From the NCBI GenBank assembly GCA_003166335.1, contig PMWA01000062.1, positions 1-53,668 on the forward strand: DNA of 53,668 nucleotides. The letters are read 5' to 3'. This document shows, piece after piece, positions 24,654 through 38,004 of this stretch; positions within the stretch are counted from its first letter, which is position 1; every line of letters begins with the position of its first letter. The position numbers and the translations under genes are program-made. The notes beneath the pieces are model-generated. The model was not told the origin of the DNA. It ran no database searches and saw only the letters and a list, made by a program, of their open reading frames with translations. The stretch is from Methanobacterium sp. Its GTDB lineage: Archaea > Methanobacteriota > Methanobacteria > Methanobacteriales > Methanobacteriaceae.

Positions 24654-25787
24654 TTATTTTCGTTTCTCATCTTCCCTATGTGCTTTAAGTATTTTATTTT
24701 CTCTTTCAAGTTTATTCATCCTTTCCTCAAGCTTCTTAACTTTTTCGTCAGTGAGATCATGAACTTCTACTTTACCATAAATCGTTACTTCATCCATATT
24801 TCGATAGTAACGTTTCTTTAAATCTTCGTAGTCATCTTTTAAATATCGTTGTCCAGTGTCATCCTGAATCTCATGACCCATCAAAATCCGTGTTTCAAGA
24901 TAACCAAGGTCTGTTTTTTTTAATTGATTTCCAAACCATTTTCTTAAATTATGTGGTCTGAAATATATATACCCATTTGCACTAATAGGGAACTGGCATA
25001 TTCCATTCAAACGCCTGAAATATACATTTACAGTTAATTTATGCATCTCCCTATCTTTTGGGTTTCGGAATAAAAAAGTATCTTCTTCCGGTTTTTTTGG
25101 TGGTTGATGGTGTAAGTATGCTAATATATAATCCAAGCTCTCAGGTGTTGAAAAACATGTGTGAAATTGCCTATTTTTCTGCATCTGGTAGTGCCAGGTG
25201 AGAGGTCCTATTTGTTCTGGGACTTTTTGGATTACATGATCCATATCAGTTAATTCATTTACATCGATTTTAATATATTCACTTATACAATCGACAAAAT
25301 TTTTTAACCTTAAATTTCTACAATCACCCTGCCTCATCCCACTACTGGCCATTAAAATAATCATAGCTTGATATTTTACATTCGCAAAGCTTAACGCCCT
25401 TTTAATATCATCTATGTTAGGGAGGTCTATTAACTCTTCATGAACTGCTGTTTTTAGGGGTCTTCGCTGGTATGGTGGTAATTCTATTGAATTCAAAGTG
25501 TAAAATGCCCTTATGATTTTGATTGAATTCTTGATGTGAAGTTCTGAATATTTTTGGTCTTCAAGGTAGAGTTCAAAGTCATCCAAGTGGTCATTTATAC
25601 TTCTACGTTTAAGACGTATCCTGTTTTCTTCTTCGTCATCAGCTTCTTTAATAGCTTCTGTTGGTGTTAAGCCAGTTGCTTTATAATATTTTTGGAAATG
25701 ATAAATATATATCCGTTGCGTTGATTCTACAACATGTCTTTTACGGAAATATTTTAATAACAATGGATCCTTATCTATATTATTCAC
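24654..25787 (-). CDS. int: Tyrosine recombinase / phage integrase
   Basis: ASSGMRQGD (catalytic R), HNLRKWF (H..R) and LMGH......QRY (H and nucleophile Y) in the C-terminal domain, with an N-terminal SAM-like domain. Confidence 0.85.
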   Translation of the reverse strand: MNNIDKDPLLLKYFRKRHVVESTQRIYIYHFQKYYKATGLTPTEAIKEADDEEENRIRLKRRSINDHLDDFELYLEDQKYSELHIKNSIKIIRAFYTLNSIELPPYQRRPLKTAVHEELIDLPNIDDIKRALSFANVKYQAMIILMASSGMRQGDCRNLRLKNFVDCISEYIKIDVNELTDMDHVIQKVPEQIGPLTWHYQMQKNRQFHTCFSTPESLDYILAYLHHQPPKKPEEDTFLFRNPKDREMHKLTVNVYFRRLNGICQFPISANGYIYFRPHNLRKWFGNQLKKTDLGYLETRILMGHEIQDDTGQRYLKDDYEDLKKRYYRNMDEVTIYGKVEVHDLTDEKVKKLEERMNKLERENKILKAHREDEKRK

Positions 25788-25917
25788 AAATTTTAGTAGG
25801 TGAAATTATAATTTAAAGGTTGGGAATACATTACATATTCGTAAAGTTATTTTATGTAAAGCTAAATAAAATAAATACAATAATAAGTGAAAAAAAATTT
25901 TTTAGGTGAAAAATTAT

Positions 25918-26719
<802 letters not shown>

Positions 26720-26823
26720 AAAATTTTTTAACCTTACCTTTTTTTTAAATTGATTATAAAATTATAAAAAAAAATAAATAATAAAAAGAAATATCCCATA
26801 ATTTATTTGTTTAAGTATTTATT

Positions 26824-26897
26824 GCCTCGGTGGCTTAGTCCGGTATAGCGCGGGATTCGTAATCCTGAGGTCGCGGGTTCAATTCCCGCCCGAGGCT
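26824..26897 (+). tRNA. tRNA-Thr (anticodon CGT)
   Basis: Acceptor GCCTCGG/CCGAGGC, D arm GCTT..AGC, anticodon arm CGGGA-TTCGTAA-TCCTG, T arm GCGGG-TTCAATT-CCCGC. No encoded CCA. Confidence 0.9.
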
Positions 26898-26946
26898 TCA
26901 AAAATAAGTAATTTTTATGTTTTCAAACATGATTTTTAGTGAATTA

Positions 26947-27102
26947 TTATTCCATCTCCCTTATCTCATCCACCACAAATTTACCACCACAACTACACTC
27001 CTCGATTAAATCTCCAAGTTCATAGGGTGGAAGATCACTTTCCACTTCAAAGATTCGCTCCTCATCACAAGTATCACATCTAGCTATTATAAACCAGTCC
27101 AT
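26947..27102 (-). CDS. Small Cys-containing protein (51 aa)
   Basis: Hand-translated, with GGAGG upstream; CDTC ... CSC. Confidence 0.35.
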   Translation of the reverse strand: MDWFIIARCDTCDEERIFEVESDLPPYELGDLIEECSCGGKFVVDEIREME

Positions 27103-27177
27103 TTAAAAATCCTCCATTATTTCTAAATTCACAAAAAAAATTCTATCTTATCATGTACGTATTAATCATATAAATTT

Positions 27178-28272
27178 TTAAATCTTAGATGGATGGATGA
27201 AACCACTCCTCAGAAGATGATCCACCAACACCATAGCCACCGACGCCTCTGCAACGGCAGTGACCCGAGGGCAGATGCAGGGGTCGTGCCGTCCCATTAT
27301 TCGAATTTCAACATCCTTACTACTATTTAAATCAACAGTTTCCTGAACTTGTGAAATAGAAGGGGTTGGTTTAACTGCTATTCTAACTACAATAGGCATT
27401 CCATTTGATATACCACCTAATATTCCACCCGACTGATTTGTGATGGTTTTTATTTTCCCATTTTTTGTAACATAGTATTCATCATTATTCTGATATCCAG
27501 TTATATGGGCAACTTCAAATCCTGCCCCAATCTCAACTCCCTTCACAGATCCAATAGCCATCATGGATTTAGCCAGATCAGCGTCCAATTTATCAAATAC
27601 AGGCTCACCTAATCCCACTGGCGGATTAATAACCAATGTTTCCACAATTCCGCCGATGGAGTCGCCTTTAGACTTAAGTTTGATAATTAACTCCTCCATT
27701 TTACGTGCGGCTTGAGGATCGGCACATTTAACAGGATTATCCTCAATTTTAGACTCAATATGATTAATATCCACTTTATCTGCTTTTATATCTCCAATTT
27801 GAGTAACATGGGATATTACTTTGATCTCTAATAATTCAAGAAGCTTCTTGGCAACTGCACCGCCTATAACATGGCCGATGGTAACTCTACCACTTCCTCG
27901 ACCACCTCCAAGGTAATCATAATTACCGTACTTGGTTTTCCAAGTGTAATCTCCATGCCCTGGACGGGGGATGTTTTTAAGTGCTTCGTAAGTAGATGAA
28001 TCAAATTCACGATTGTAAACCACTGCCGCAATAGGTGTACCGTCTGTTTTGTCCTGAAATAATCCGGATAATATTTGAACTTTATCTTTTTCACTGCGAG
28101 AAGTGGTAATTTTGCTGGTACCGGGTCTTCTCTTGTCAAGTTCTTTTTGTATATTTTCTACACTCAACTTAATTCCTGCGGGACAGCCGTCAATTACAGC
28201 TCCCAGAGCCACACCGTGACTGGAGCCGAAGGTGGTAACTTTGAAAATATTACCGGTGGTATTTCCTGACAT
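27178..28272 (-). CDS. aroC: Chorismate synthase
   Basis: [27 protein letters not shown] at the N-terminus, with family-typical length and motifs. Confidence 0.9.
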   Translation of the reverse strand: MSGNTTGNIFKVTTFGSSHGVALGAVIDGCPAGIKLSVENIQKELDKRRPGTSKITTSRSEKDKVQILSGLFQDKTDGTPIAAVVYNREFDSSTYEALKNIPRPGHGDYTWKTKYGNYDYLGGGRGSGRVTIGHVIGGAVAKKLLELLEIKVISHVTQIGDIKADKVDINHIESKIEDNPVKCADPQAARKMEELIIKLKSKGDSIGGIVETLVINPPVGLGEPVFDKLDADLAKSMMAIGSVKGVEIGAGFEVAHITGYQNNDEYYVTKNGKIKTITNQSGGILGGISNGMPIVVRIAVKPTPSISQVQETVDLNSSKDVEIRIMGRHDPCICPRVTAVAEASVAMVLVDHLLRSGFIHPSKI

Positions 28273-28311
28273 TAAATTCTACATCCTCTTTAATTATTTA
28301 AATTCTTTAAT

Positions 28312-28514
28312 TCAAACTTGTTTCATAGTCCATGGAACCCATAATACGACTGCTATCGCCGTTACAACCACAATTGACATGATAAAACTGCTATGTTTTG
28401 AAGAATACCATAAAGCGACCAAATATAATAACCATAAGGCTAAAAATAGAAGCCATCCTAAACCTAAGGCAATAGAGGCGTATATTTTTTTATATCCGGT
28501 TGTGCTTTAACCAT
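28312..28514 (-). pseudogene. Small 2-TM membrane protein interrupted at a homopolymer
   Basis: MVKAQPDIKK continues in another frame after the A7 run (plus-strand T7 at 28485-28491) as IYASIALGLGWLLFLALW... Confidence 0.3.
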
Positions 28515-28659
28515 TGAATCTTTCATTCCTTTATATTTTATAGTAAATATAATTAATATATGGAATCTATCTCTATTTATTATTATTATTTTGTAGAATA
28601 GAATCGATGCTAATGAAAATAAGTTTTAATAATTAAGAAAAAATTTATTAATTTGTAAT

Positions 28660-29144
28660 TTATTTATAATATTTACCTGTAAGTTCTTTAATGATTAGTT
28701 CAATTACGCCAGTACCTTCTATTTTAGTATCGGATATTTTTGTTCCATTGAAATGAGGAGCGTATTTTTCCACAATCTTATTAAGCACAATTTCTTTCAA
28801 ATTATAATCCTTAACAAGTGCTGCTGTACCCATAATAACAACACTTTCATATTCTGTATTCACATTACAAGGCGTTTCCCCAATATTAAAACCTTCCATG
28901 AAATAAGTTTCAAAGCATACTTTTCATTCGCCAAAATATTACTGATCTTCTGTCCTATGGGCAAACCGTGAATGTAAACTTTACCATTATGGTAAATGAA
29001 ATGCACCGGAATAACATAAGGATATCCATTCTCATTTATAGTAGCAATATTACCTACAGGTGCTTTTAATAAGATTTCCTTTATTTGCACATCGTTTAAC
29101 TGATGTTTACTCATTTCGATTTTGCATAAAATTAATTCTCCCAT
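28660..29144 (-). pseudogene. Pyridoxamine 5-prime-phosphate oxidase-like FMN-binding protein, split by a 1-nt frameshift
   Basis: The N-terminal part ends ..ISNILANE. The C-terminal frame continues KVCFETYFMEGF..YESVVIMG..TGKYYK. The junction is at an A4 run near 28905-28915. Confidence 0.6.
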
Positions 29145-29357
29145 ATCAAGATTTAAGTTTTATAAGCTAGTATAAAAAAAAATTTGGACAACTTTTTCCT
29201 GACAGATCAATAATTAACTATTTTACATATAAAGCTTCATCATTTTAATTATTATATTAATTTAAAATTCGTATAAAAAACATTAAAACTTTTAAAAAAT
29301 TTTATTATTCACCATAAACATGTAAAAAAAAATTTTTTTATATTAAAGTGAAAAAAA

Positions 29358-30053
29358 ATGCAAGACCTAATAATTAAAATATATGAAAAACTCTACAAAC
29401 TTTACGGTCCTCAAGGATGGTGGCCCATAAAAAACCATCATGGTACAAACCCAACAAAAACAGGAGCTACTAGAGGTTATCACCCTGAAAATTATGATAT
29501 ACCTAAACAACGGAATGATATATTTGAAGTAATTCTCGGAACAATTTTAACGCAGAATACAACCTGGCTGCAGGCTAATAACGCATTAACCCATCTAAAC
29601 CAGTTAAATGTAATAGAACCTGAAAAACTATTAGACTTAGATGATACAACTATTAAAGCTGCGATTCGTTGCGCGGGATTTTTAAATCAAAAATCAATCT
29701 ATTTAAGGGAAATTACCGAATTTTTCATTAAATTAAAAGGCAGAATTCCAACAAGAAAAGAATTACTGAAAGTTAAGGGAGTTGGCAATGAAACCGCTGA
29801 TTCAATTCTTCTTTATGCCTATAAACAGCCCGAATTTGTGGTGGATGCATATACTAGAAGAATTTTTAGTCACTTAAAAATTGTTGATGAAAGAATAAAT
29901 TATATGAAATTGAAACATTTTTTTGAATCCAATTTACCAAGTGATGTGCCTGTTTATCAGGAGTATCATGCTTTGATTGTAGAGCATGCTAAAAGATATT
30001 ACAGTAGAAAACCGTATGAAGATACAATTTTAAATGAATTTAGCATAAAATAA
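29358..30053 (+). CDS. HhH-GPD superfamily DNA glycosylase (endonuclease III-related)
   Basis: [20 protein letters not shown] ... [10 protein letters not shown] (helix-hairpin-helix plus catalytic Asp region). No C-terminal Fe-S Cys cluster. Confidence 0.7.
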   Translation: MQDLIIKIYEKLYKLYGPQGWWPIKNHHGTNPTKTGATRGYHPENYDIPKQRNDIFEVILGTILTQNTTWLQANNALTHLNQLNVIEPEKLLDLDDTTIKAAIRCAGFLNQKSIYLREITEFFIKLKGRIPTRKELLKVKGVGNETADSILLYAYKQPEFVVDAYTRRIFSHLKIVDERINYMKLKHFFESNLPSDVPVYQEYHALIVEHAKRYYSRKPYEDTILNEFSIK

Positions 30054-30109
30054 ATAATGGTTCTAAAATTAAAAATTTCGATTTAATTCAAAACAAAAAT
30101 TTCAATAGA

Positions 30110-30871
30110 TTATTGTCCTGCGGGACAGTTTTTAATGCAATTGAAGCAAACATATTGTGAACCTAAAGTTAATTCATCATATAATTTCCTAAACTTATTA
30201 TCTTGGATCATCATTTCCTGCTCTTCAGGTGAGCTTTTAGCGAATTTCATCCAAAACTGCATATTTCCAACAAATCCATAGGGTCTGCACTTAAACATGC
30301 ATTTCATTACGTCAGTTTTTTTTTCTTCATCCAACGCATTAACCGGACATTGATTTACACAAATATCACAATCTATACATAATTCCTCTTCAATTGGAGA
30401 ATCAGATTTAATATTTAGATTAGTTATAATAGCCGTAAAAACTACTTTTGTACCCATTACAGGGTGAATCACCAAATTATGCCTGCCGAAGCATCCAAGA
30501 CCCGCAGCAACAGCAGCATGCCGTAAGGAAACATCTGCAAATATCAGACCTGTTTCAGTATTCCTATTTACCGGAGTCATGTTAGGTATACTTATTACCG
30601 TGGCTTTGAATTTCTGCTTTAAAAAACGAGATATTTTATAAGTACATAAATCTGCGAAATCTGATAGAATTTTACTACCTGCTGATGCAATTTGTATATT
30701 TTCACTTTCACAATTATCCAGTTGTTGAAAAGCTAAAACTATAATAGTACTTGCTTTGGGATAAATTTCTTTTATAGGGGGAGTATTAGGACTAATATAA
30801 CTTTCAACTGAAGCAAAACCTATATCATCAACTCCAACGTCTTTTGCATAATCCTTTATTTCGTTTTTCAT
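30110..30871 (-). CDS. 4Fe-4S cluster-binding protein (QueG/reductive-dehalogenase-like)
   Basis: CIDCDICVNQCP and CFNCIKNCP motifs. Confidence 0.5.
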   Translation of the reverse strand: MKNEIKDYAKDVGVDDIGFASVESYISPNTPPIKEIYPKASTIIVLAFQQLDNCESENIQIASAGSKILSDFADLCTYKISRFLKQKFKATVISIPNMTPVNRNTETGLIFADVSLRHAAVAAGLGCFGRHNLVIHPVMGTKVVFTAIITNLNIKSDSPIEEELCIDCDICVNQCPVNALDEEKKTDVMKCMFKCRPYGFVGNMQFWMKFAKSSPEEQEMMIQDNKFRKLYDELTLGSQYVCFNCIKNCPAGQ

Positions 30872-31339
30872 ACTTTTACTCTTAACAAATTCTAAATTTT
30901 TAGCAAAAACAATTTTTTACAGATTTATTATTACCTAATTTAATTTTATATATGTTATAATTAGCGTGAAATGTGAAATTCCTTTATAAACTGCTAATTC
31001 TAAACTAATTTTTTGTTAATCCTCGCGGTATATCCTCGAAGTACTCTTTTATTAATGTTTTACGCGTTGAGAGGTAATAAATGAAATATTTATTATCTCT
31101 GATTGTTCCTTTGATTTGCAAAATAACAAAAAATAACTCGGATAAATTACAAATAAACTTTTCAATAATTTTATGAAAATTTTTTTTATGAAAAATAATT
31201 TTCTTAATTTTCTTAATATATTAATAAATCTGTATTTATAGTAATTTTGTAGAATCTGATGCTAAAACTTAAGTTAATTAGAGTTAACTATTGATTAAAT
31301 GTATAAACTAATTGATATTTATTAACTGGGTGATAATCT

Positions 31340-33055
31340 GTGTCTGAGTTTTTATTTCAAGAAGATGTTTCTATAGTCCTTTGTGGTGAAGCAGGTCAGG
31401 GTATTCAAACTATAGAGTCCATATTAATCCAGTCAGTTAAACTTGGAGGACACCATGTTTGTTCCACAAAAGAGTACATGTCTAGAGTTAGGGGAGGAGA
31501 AAACTCTACAGAAATACGTGTATCTTCAAAGAGAATATGCGCATATGTCAATAGGATAGATATATTAATTGCAATAAGTAAAGGAGCCATATATCACCTT
31601 AAAGAGAGGATATCTAACGATACTATCATAATTGGGGACGATGAAACTTTAAAACTTGTGGAAAAAGAAGATGTAATAAAGATTCCCTTTCTAAAAACTG
31701 CAGAATACATTGGAGGCCCGATATTTGCAAATGTAATTGCTGCCGGGGTGATTTCAAGGATTTTAAATATTGATAAAGAAATTTTTAATGAATGCATAAC
31801 CGCGATGTTCGAAAGAAAAGGAGAAAAAATCCTTAAAGGGGACCTTAAAGCGGGTGAAGAAGGCTATAAAGTTGGAGAAAACATTTTAAAATCAGGTAAA
31901 ATCAAAATTGAAATAGAAAAAAACCCCAAAATTAGAGACGAACTTCTATTAGATGGAACAGAAGTTGTAGGAATGGGATGCATTGCAGGAGGTTGCAGAT
32001 TCATGGCATCTTATCCTATGACTCCATCATCCACACTTCAAGTTTTCATTGCTAAATACGGGGGAGAATTTGATATAATTTTTGAGCAATCCGAAGATGA
32101 AATAGCAGCCATAAACATGGGGATCGGTGCATTTTATGCTGGTGCAAGAGCACTCGTAGCAACATCTGGAAGTGGATTTGCACTTATGGAAGAGGGTGTA
32201 GGTCTATCCAGAATCAATGAGACTCCCTTAGTAATATATGTTGGCCAACGTCCGGGTCCTGCTGTTGGACTGCCCACTCGGACGTCTCAGGAAGATTTAG
32301 ATCTCACACTTTATGGACATGGCGAAACTCCTAAGATCATATTTGCTCCCGGTAACCTTGAAGATGCATTCCATCTATCTCAAAGAGCATTTAATATTGC
32401 AGATAAATATCAAATTCCTGTTTTTATACTTTCAGATCAGTATTTTGCAGATATATATTACAATTTACCTTCAATTTACCTGAAAAGCGTTGAAATTGAA
32501 CATCATATTGTAAAAACTGATGAAAATTATAAAAGATATGAATTAACTGATGATGGAATATCACCGCGTGGTATTCCTGGATTTGGGGATGGACTGGTGG
32601 TTGTAGATCCACATGAGCATGATGAAGAGGGACATATAACAGAAGACCAAAATTTAAGGACTAAAATGGTGGAAAAACGCATTAAAAAACTTGATGGAAT
32701 CAAAAAAGATTCAATTCCTCCAGAACTTATTGGATCAATTGATTATAGTATTCTAGTTGTAGGTTGGGGATCAACTTATGGAATCATAAAGGAAGCCTTA
32801 GATAACCTAAAAAGAGAGGATATTGCTTTTTTATACTTCAAACAGGTTTATCCTTTACATGATAGTACTAAAAAATATCTTGATAAAGCTAATAAGACTA
32901 TTATTTTTGAAAATAATGTTGAATCCCAATTTGCTAATCTTATTAAACTTCAAACAGATTTTATAATTGATAAAAATGTTTTAAAGTATAATGGGAGGCC
33001 TTTTTCTGTTGAAGAAGTTACAGAAAGCTTAAAAAGCTTCATGGAAGTGTTTTAA
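31340..33055 (+). CDS. 2-oxoacid:ferredoxin oxidoreductase, fused gamma-alpha subunit
   Basis: N-terminal [13 protein letters not shown] (gamma-type GxxGQG) followed by an alpha-subunit-sized region. GTG start with GGGTGA upstream. Confidence 0.75.
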   Translation: MSEFLFQEDVSIVLCGEAGQGIQTIESILIQSVKLGGHHVCSTKEYMSRVRGGENSTEIRVSSKRICAYVNRIDILIAISKGAIYHLKERISNDTIIIGDDETLKLVEKEDVIKIPFLKTAEYIGGPIFANVIAAGVISRILNIDKEIFNECITAMFERKGEKILKGDLKAGEEGYKVGENILKSGKIKIEIEKNPKIRDELLLDGTEVVGMGCIAGGCRFMASYPMTPSSTLQVFIAKYGGEFDIIFEQSEDEIAAINMGIGAFYAGARALVATSGSGFALMEEGVGLSRINETPLVIYVGQRPGPAVGLPTRTSQEDLDLTLYGHGETPKIIFAPGNLEDAFHLSQRAFNIADKYQIPVFILSDQYFADIYYNLPSIYLKSVEIEHHIVKTDENYKRYELTDDGISPRGIPGFGDGLVVVDPHEHDEEGHITEDQNLRTKMVEKRIKKLDGIKKDSIPPELIGSIDYSILVVGWGSTYGIIKEALDNLKREDIAFLYFKQVYPLHDSTKKYLDKANKTIIFENNVESQFANLIKLQTDFIIDKNVLKYNGRPFSVEEVTESLKSFMEVF

Positions 33056-33921
33056 ATGAAACCAGAAGTATTTGATGTTGAAAATGCGGATATTGCGTGG
33101 TGTTCGGGTTGTGGGAATTTTTCAATTCTTAGTACCTTAAAAATAGTTTTAGCTGAGCTTGAAATTGATGCTCGTGAACTAGTACTTGTATCTGGAATAG
33201 GTCAGGCAGGGAAACTTCCACATTTTCTTAAATCGCATACATATAACAGCCTTCATGGCAGATCTCTTTCTCCTGCAACAGCGATAAAAGCAGTAAACAA
33301 AGATCTTAAAGTGATAGTTACAAGTGGTGATGGAGACATGTATGGGGAGGGAGGAAATCATTTCATGCACACTATCCGTCGAAATCCAGATATAACTTGT
33401 ATTGTGCATAATAACATGGTTTACGGCTTAACCAAAGGTCAAGCGTCTCCTACAACCCTGCGGGGGATGAGAACATCTTTTCAGGTTGAAGGAGTATCAG
33501 AAGAACCTTTTAATCCATTAGTAGTTGCTCTAGCTCTTGATGCATCATTTGTTGCAAGAACTTTTAGTGGAGATATTGAACATATGAAAGAGACCTTCAA
33601 ATCAGCGATAAATCATAAAGGATTTTCACTTGTGGATGTATTCCAACCATGTGTGACTTTCAACAAAATAAACACTTATCAATGGTTTAAAGAAAACACT
33701 TATCATCTTGAAGATTTCCATGATCCTACAATAAAAATGAAGCATTTAAGAGAGTCATGGAAAAAAATAAATATCCTTTAGGAATTTTCTACATAAATAA
33801 GGATAAAAAAACATTTGAAGAGACTTTAAAAGTTTACACTGAAGATGAATCGCCATTATATGAAAGAGAAGTAGATATACATAAATTAGAGAATTTGATT
33901 GAATCTAGAAGGAGAATTTAA
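33056..33921 (+). CDS. 2-oxoacid:ferredoxin oxidoreductase beta (TPP-binding) subunit; C-terminus shifted at an A7 run
   Basis: [10 protein letters not shown] and [12 protein letters not shown]. The track ORF stops at 33781, but the family-like tail [18 protein letters not shown]... continues in another frame to 33921. One extra A in the 33761-33767 run restores it. Confidence 0.75.
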
Positions 33922-34087
33922 ACGTTTCTTAATTTTACTCCTATTTTCATTTAAATGAGATTAAAATTTTTTTTTAAAGTCGTAACTAATTGAAATATAA
34001 CTTTAAAAATTAATAATTACTGTCAAAAAATATACGAGTATAAAATGTCAAACTTATATAAAATTATTAAAAAGATAGTGATAAAAA

Positions 34088-35068
34088 ATGGAGTTCCCCC
34101 TAACGAGAATGCGCAGGCTTAGAAAGAATGTTCAAATAAGAAAAATCTTAAGAGAAACTAGGATCAATCCTGAGGATTTAATTTATCCTCTTTATATTAA
34201 GGAAGAGTTAAAAGATGGTCAAAAGGAACATATTGACACTATGCCCGGTCAATACAGGTATTCTCTTAATGATGCTGTCAATGAAGCTAAAAGATTAGAG
34301 GAATTAGAATTATCCTCTGTACTGCTTTTCGGTATGCCCCTAGATAAGGATGAATGGGGATCATCAGCATATGATAAGGATGGTATAATTCAAAGGACAA
34401 TTCATAAATTAAAGGATGAAACAGAGTTAGTAGTCATCTCCGACGTCTGCATGTGCCAATATACATCTCATGGTCATTGTGGAATAATAAGAGATGACAA
34501 CGTTTTGAATGATGAAACTCTCCAATATCTCTCCAGGATAGCTTTAAGTCATGCTGAAGCTGGGGCGGATATTGTAGCACCTTCAGATATGATGGATGGA
34601 AGGGTGAAAGCTATCAGAAAAACGTTAGATGAGAATAAATTCACTGAGACTTTGATAATGTCTTATGCTGCTAAATATGCTTCATCATTTTATGCCCCAT
34701 TCCGTGATGCAGTTTGCAGTGCACCTTCTTTTGGTGATCGTAAAACTTATCAAATGAGTCCATTTAATGTGAATGAGGCTTTAAGAGAGGTTGAATTGGA
34801 TATAAAGGAGGGTGCGGACATTGTGATGGTTAAACCTGCTTTACCTTATCTTGATGTTGTTAAAGCTGTTAAGGATAAGTTTAAAATGCCCACAGCGGCT
34901 TATCAGGTTAGTGGTGAATACTCCATGATTATGGCAGCTATAAATGCTGGTTACTTGACAAATGATTCTATAATTGAATCTTTATCGTCTATTAAACGGT
35001 CTGGGGCGGATTTAATCATATCTCATTTCACTCCCTGGTTTTTAGAGAATCAAGAATCAGAGTGCTGA
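34088..35068 (+). CDS. hemB: Porphobilinogen synthase (delta-aminolevulinate dehydratase)
   Basis: [22 protein letters not shown] (Zn site) and [11 protein letters not shown]. Confidence 0.9.
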   Translation: MEFPLTRMRRLRKNVQIRKILRETRINPEDLIYPLYIKEELKDGQKEHIDTMPGQYRYSLNDAVNEAKRLEELELSSVLLFGMPLDKDEWGSSAYDKDGIIQRTIHKLKDETELVVISDVCMCQYTSHGHCGIIRDDNVLNDETLQYLSRIALSHAEAGADIVAPSDMMDGRVKAIRKTLDENKFTETLIMSYAAKYASSFYAPFRDAVCSAPSFGDRKTYQMSPFNVNEALREVELDIKEGADIVMVKPALPYLDVVKAVKDKFKMPTAAYQVSGEYSMIMAAINAGYLTNDSIIESLSSIKRSGADLIISHFTPWFLENQESEC

Positions 35069-35095
35069 GTATAAAAACATTATAAAAAAAATGGA

Positions 35096-36034
35096 GTGAC
35101 GATTATTTTGGATCCGGATTTAGTGGCTAAAATTGCTCAAATTGCATCGGTTTTAGAGGTTAGTGGTTATCCGAAGCCAGGAAATGTTCATCGCACCCAA
35201 GATTTTGAGGATATGGTCTTTGAAGATTTCCTTATAAGTGGCATTGTCGTTGGAGACGTAATGAAGAAAGCCGCAGAGAAGGGTGCAAAATATAAAGACA
35301 AACCAGATTCATTATATAAAATTGGATTAGGAGAATTAATTAAGGAAGCTGTAGAGGAAACTAATAAATGGATAGCTAATAATACTAACTTGGGTATAAT
35401 AATGCTTCTAACACCGTTATCCGCAGCAGCTGGTATGACTGATAATTTCCTAAAACTTAGAGATAATATAGATAAAATTATGAGAGCCACTACCTCAAAG
35501 GATGCTTTAAATCTTTATGATTCAATTAATATTGCCGATGCTGGTGGTATGGGTGAAAGAGATGAATTAGATGTGGGAAGTGAGAAAGCAAAAGAAGAAC
35601 TGCTTAAAAATGAGATTAACATGTTCCAAGTGCTTGATATATCCTCTGAATGGGATATGTTATCATTCGAACTCACAAACCAGATGCCAGTGACTTTTGA
35701 AGTGGGATTCCCATTATTTAAGAATGTTAAAATGAATTATGGAATTAATAAAGCCACAATTCAAACTTTCCTCACAATTCTCTCAGAATTCCCTGACACA
35801 CTTATATCCCGTAAATATGGAGTAAATGTGGCAATGGAAGTATTAAATGATGCTAAAAATATACTAAATACAGGTGGAATATTAAATGAGGAAGGATATA
35901 AGTTACTAAAGAACTTTGATCAAACACTAATATCAAAGAAACTGAATCCTGGAACAACTGCAGATTTAACTGCATCATCAATTATGGTCGCGTTATTAGA
36001 GGAGTATACAATAAAAAAAATTTTAATTAAATAA
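35096..36034 (+). CDS. Triphosphoribosyl-dephospho-CoA synthase (CitG/MdcB) family protein
   Basis: [10 protein letters not shown] near the N-terminus and NPGTTADL near the C-terminus. Confidence 0.6.
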   Translation: MTIILDPDLVAKIAQIASVLEVSGYPKPGNVHRTQDFEDMVFEDFLISGIVVGDVMKKAAEKGAKYKDKPDSLYKIGLGELIKEAVEETNKWIANNTNLGIIMLLTPLSAAAGMTDNFLKLRDNIDKIMRATTSKDALNLYDSINIADAGGMGERDELDVGSEKAKEELLKNEINMFQVLDISSEWDMLSFELTNQMPVTFEVGFPLFKNVKMNYGINKATIQTFLTILSEFPDTLISRKYGVNVAMEVLNDAKNILNTGGILNEEGYKLLKNFDQTLISKKLNPGTTADLTASSIMVALLEEYTIKKILIK

Positions 36035-36079
36035 ACATTAATTTAAAATTAATAAAATTTTTTAGGGGATACTATAAAT

Positions 36080-37621
36080 ATGCTGCAAAGTATAATTAAC
36101 GAGTTACACATCTACGAGAAAAAGGTATTGAAGGCGATAAAGGATGCAGAAGGCATAACCACACCAGATGAAGTTGCACGATCTCAAAATCTCAATATCA
36201 AACAAGTTATGAGTGCTGCAGGTGCCCTATCTTCAAAAGATATTATAAAAGTCCAGAAGGATGTTCATAAATTTATAAGTTTATCCCATGATGGAAAAAT
36301 TTATGCAAAAGAAGGATTACCTGAGAGAAGAATATTAAGTTCTTTAAAAGAAGATAAACACATATCCATGGCGGATGTAACTCAAAAATCAGGTGTTAAT
36401 CCGAATGATGTTAATATTGCTATTGGCTGGCTAATGCGTAAAAAATGGGCTACTATGGATAAAGGAATTATTAAATTAAACAGTAAGGGTGAAGAAGCAT
36501 TACCTACTAAGTATCCGGATGAAAAATTATTGGATGCTCTTGTACAGGAAGGGCACTTAATGGTTTCTAATTTATCATCAAATCTGAAAGAAGGATTTGA
36601 ATCACTGAAGAAGAGAAAAGGCATTATAAAAATTAAAGAAGAATCAAGCTATACATTCAAAATCACACACAAAGGTCAAGATTTATTGGATATTGGATTT
36701 GAAATACGAGAAGAAGCTACTCAATTAACACATGAAAATTTAAAGACGGGTTCCTGGAAGTCACTGCAATATAGAGAATATGATGTTAACGCAGAGTATC
36801 CTGAGGTTTATCCGGGGAAAATACATCCCTTGCAACGGATTATTGAAGAAGTAAGGAGTATATTCATTAAATTAGGATTCACAGAATCGAAGGGAACCAT
36901 CCTGGAATCTGCATTCTGGAATTTCGACTGCCTATTCCAACCCCAGGATCACGCCGCCCGGGAGATGCAGGATACTTTCTACATTAAAACACCAATGATC
37001 ACTAAATTGCCGGGAGATGAACTCGTACGAAGAGTTTCCAGGGTTCATACGGATGGTGGAGATACAGGCTCTGAGGGATGGGGTTATACTTGGGATGAGG
37101 AGGTGGCTCGACAATCAGTGCTGCGCACTCACACCACCTGTGTATCAGCTCGATTCCTGAAAAATAATAAGCCCCCACTTAAAATGTTTAGTGTAGGCAG
37201 AGTTTTTCGACGAGAAACAATCACATATAAACATTTACCAGAATTCCATCAGGTAGAGGGTATTGTAGCTGCGGAGGATATAAACTTCCAGAATTTACTT
37301 GGTATTTTAAAAGAATTTTATCGTAAACTGGGTTTTGAAGTAAGATTCAGACCCGCTTACTTCCCCTACACTTACCTCTCTACGGAATGTGAAGTTTACC
37401 TTCCTGAAAAAAAGTCATGGATAGAGCTTGGAGGATCGGGAATGTTCCGTCCCGAAGTTTTAGAACCATTAGGAGTGGAAACTCCCGTAGCCGCGTTTGG
37501 CTTGGGAATAGAAAGATTAGCCATGATCAGATTGGGAATTAAAGATATAAGAATGCTCTACCAAAGCGACCTCGGCTGGCTTCGGAATCTACCAGTAACA
37601 CAAGGCGTTAAATATGATTAA
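36080..37621 (+). CDS. pheS: Phenylalanine--tRNA ligase alpha subunit (archaeal type)
   Basis: About 510 aa with N-terminal winged-helix repeats. Class II core motifs include [23 protein letters not shown] and [11 protein letters not shown]. Confidence 0.9.
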   Translation: MLQSIINELHIYEKKVLKAIKDAEGITTPDEVARSQNLNIKQVMSAAGALSSKDIIKVQKDVHKFISLSHDGKIYAKEGLPERRILSSLKEDKHISMADVTQKSGVNPNDVNIAIGWLMRKKWATMDKGIIKLNSKGEEALPTKYPDEKLLDALVQEGHLMVSNLSSNLKEGFESLKKRKGIIKIKEESSYTFKITHKGQDLLDIGFEIREEATQLTHENLKTGSWKSLQYREYDVNAEYPEVYPGKIHPLQRIIEEVRSIFIKLGFTESKGTILESAFWNFDCLFQPQDHAAREMQDTFYIKTPMITKLPGDELVRRVSRVHTDGGDTGSEGWGYTWDEEVARQSVLRTHTTCVSARFLKNNKPPLKMFSVGRVFRRETITYKHLPEFHQVEGIVAAEDINFQNLLGILKEFYRKLGFEVRFRPAYFPYTYLSTECEVYLPEKKSWIELGGSGMFRPEVLEPLGVETPVAAFGLGIERLAMIRLGIKDIRMLYQSDLGWLRNLPVTQGVKYD

Positions 37622-37665
37622 ATTTTTTTTCAAAAATCAAAAATCTTTTTTTTACTTCCTTTAAC

Positions 37666-38001
37666 TTACTTTTTATCCTTTGTTGGAACATACAGTGTTA
37701 TCTGACTTTTAGGCAGCCAAATATCATCGGTATGTGGTGGCTGGCCCACCTGCAAAAGGATTGCTTTATTAGTTTCTTTTTGCACTGTACCACTGACTTT
37801 AGTTTGCACACCTTTATCATTGGCTAACCATTCAGGGATCTTATAAGTTACTAATTCCCCTAATTCATCATCCTCTGTTTCACCGCCATGATCTTCTCGT
37901 AGAACAGATAAAATTTTATCATAAGTAGAATGAAGGATTTCTTTTCCATCCTCATCCTCGAAAGTTAGTGTGTCTCCGGGTTGGACTACTATTTTAACCA
38001 T
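37666..38001 (-). CDS. Hypothetical phage-like protein (KAILL...IWLPKSQI motif)
   Basis: Lies directly downstream of the orphan viral paralogue. The motif is recalled from phage hypothetical proteins and was not verified. Confidence 0.4.
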   Translation of the reverse strand: MVKIVVQPGDTLTFEDEDGKEILHSTYDKILSVLREDHGGETEDDELGELVTYKIPEWLANDKGVQTKVSGTVQKETNKAILLQVGQPPHTDDIWLPKSQITLYVPTKDKK

Positions 38002-38004
38002 ATT

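Larger units (their letters stand above)
1..25917. mobile_element. Integrated head-tail provirus, partial (continues beyond window start)
   Basis: A contiguous, mostly minus-strand block runs from the integrase at the right end through tightly packed small early ORFs to terS/terL, portal, MuF-like and prohead protease. Host-type genes (MBL hydrolase, tRNA-Thr, aroC) start at 25918. Confidence 0.8.

Noticed and set aside
24582-24821. ORF 24582-24821 (+)
   Set aside because: It is antisense to the 3-prime end of the integrase gene and gives a hydrophobic, nonsense-like translation.
26824-26897. tRNA-Thr as the provirus attachment site
   Set aside because: The integrase is separated from the tRNA by a complete host-type MBL gene, and no copy of the tRNA 3-prime segment was seen elsewhere in the window. 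The question stays open until the left provirus end is available.
27864-28510. ORFs 27864-28139 (-), 28075-28269 (+) and 28232-28510 (+)
   Set aside because: They are alternative-frame or antisense ORFs within or abutting aroC. The 28312-28514 region is better read as a frameshifted minus-strand membrane ORF.
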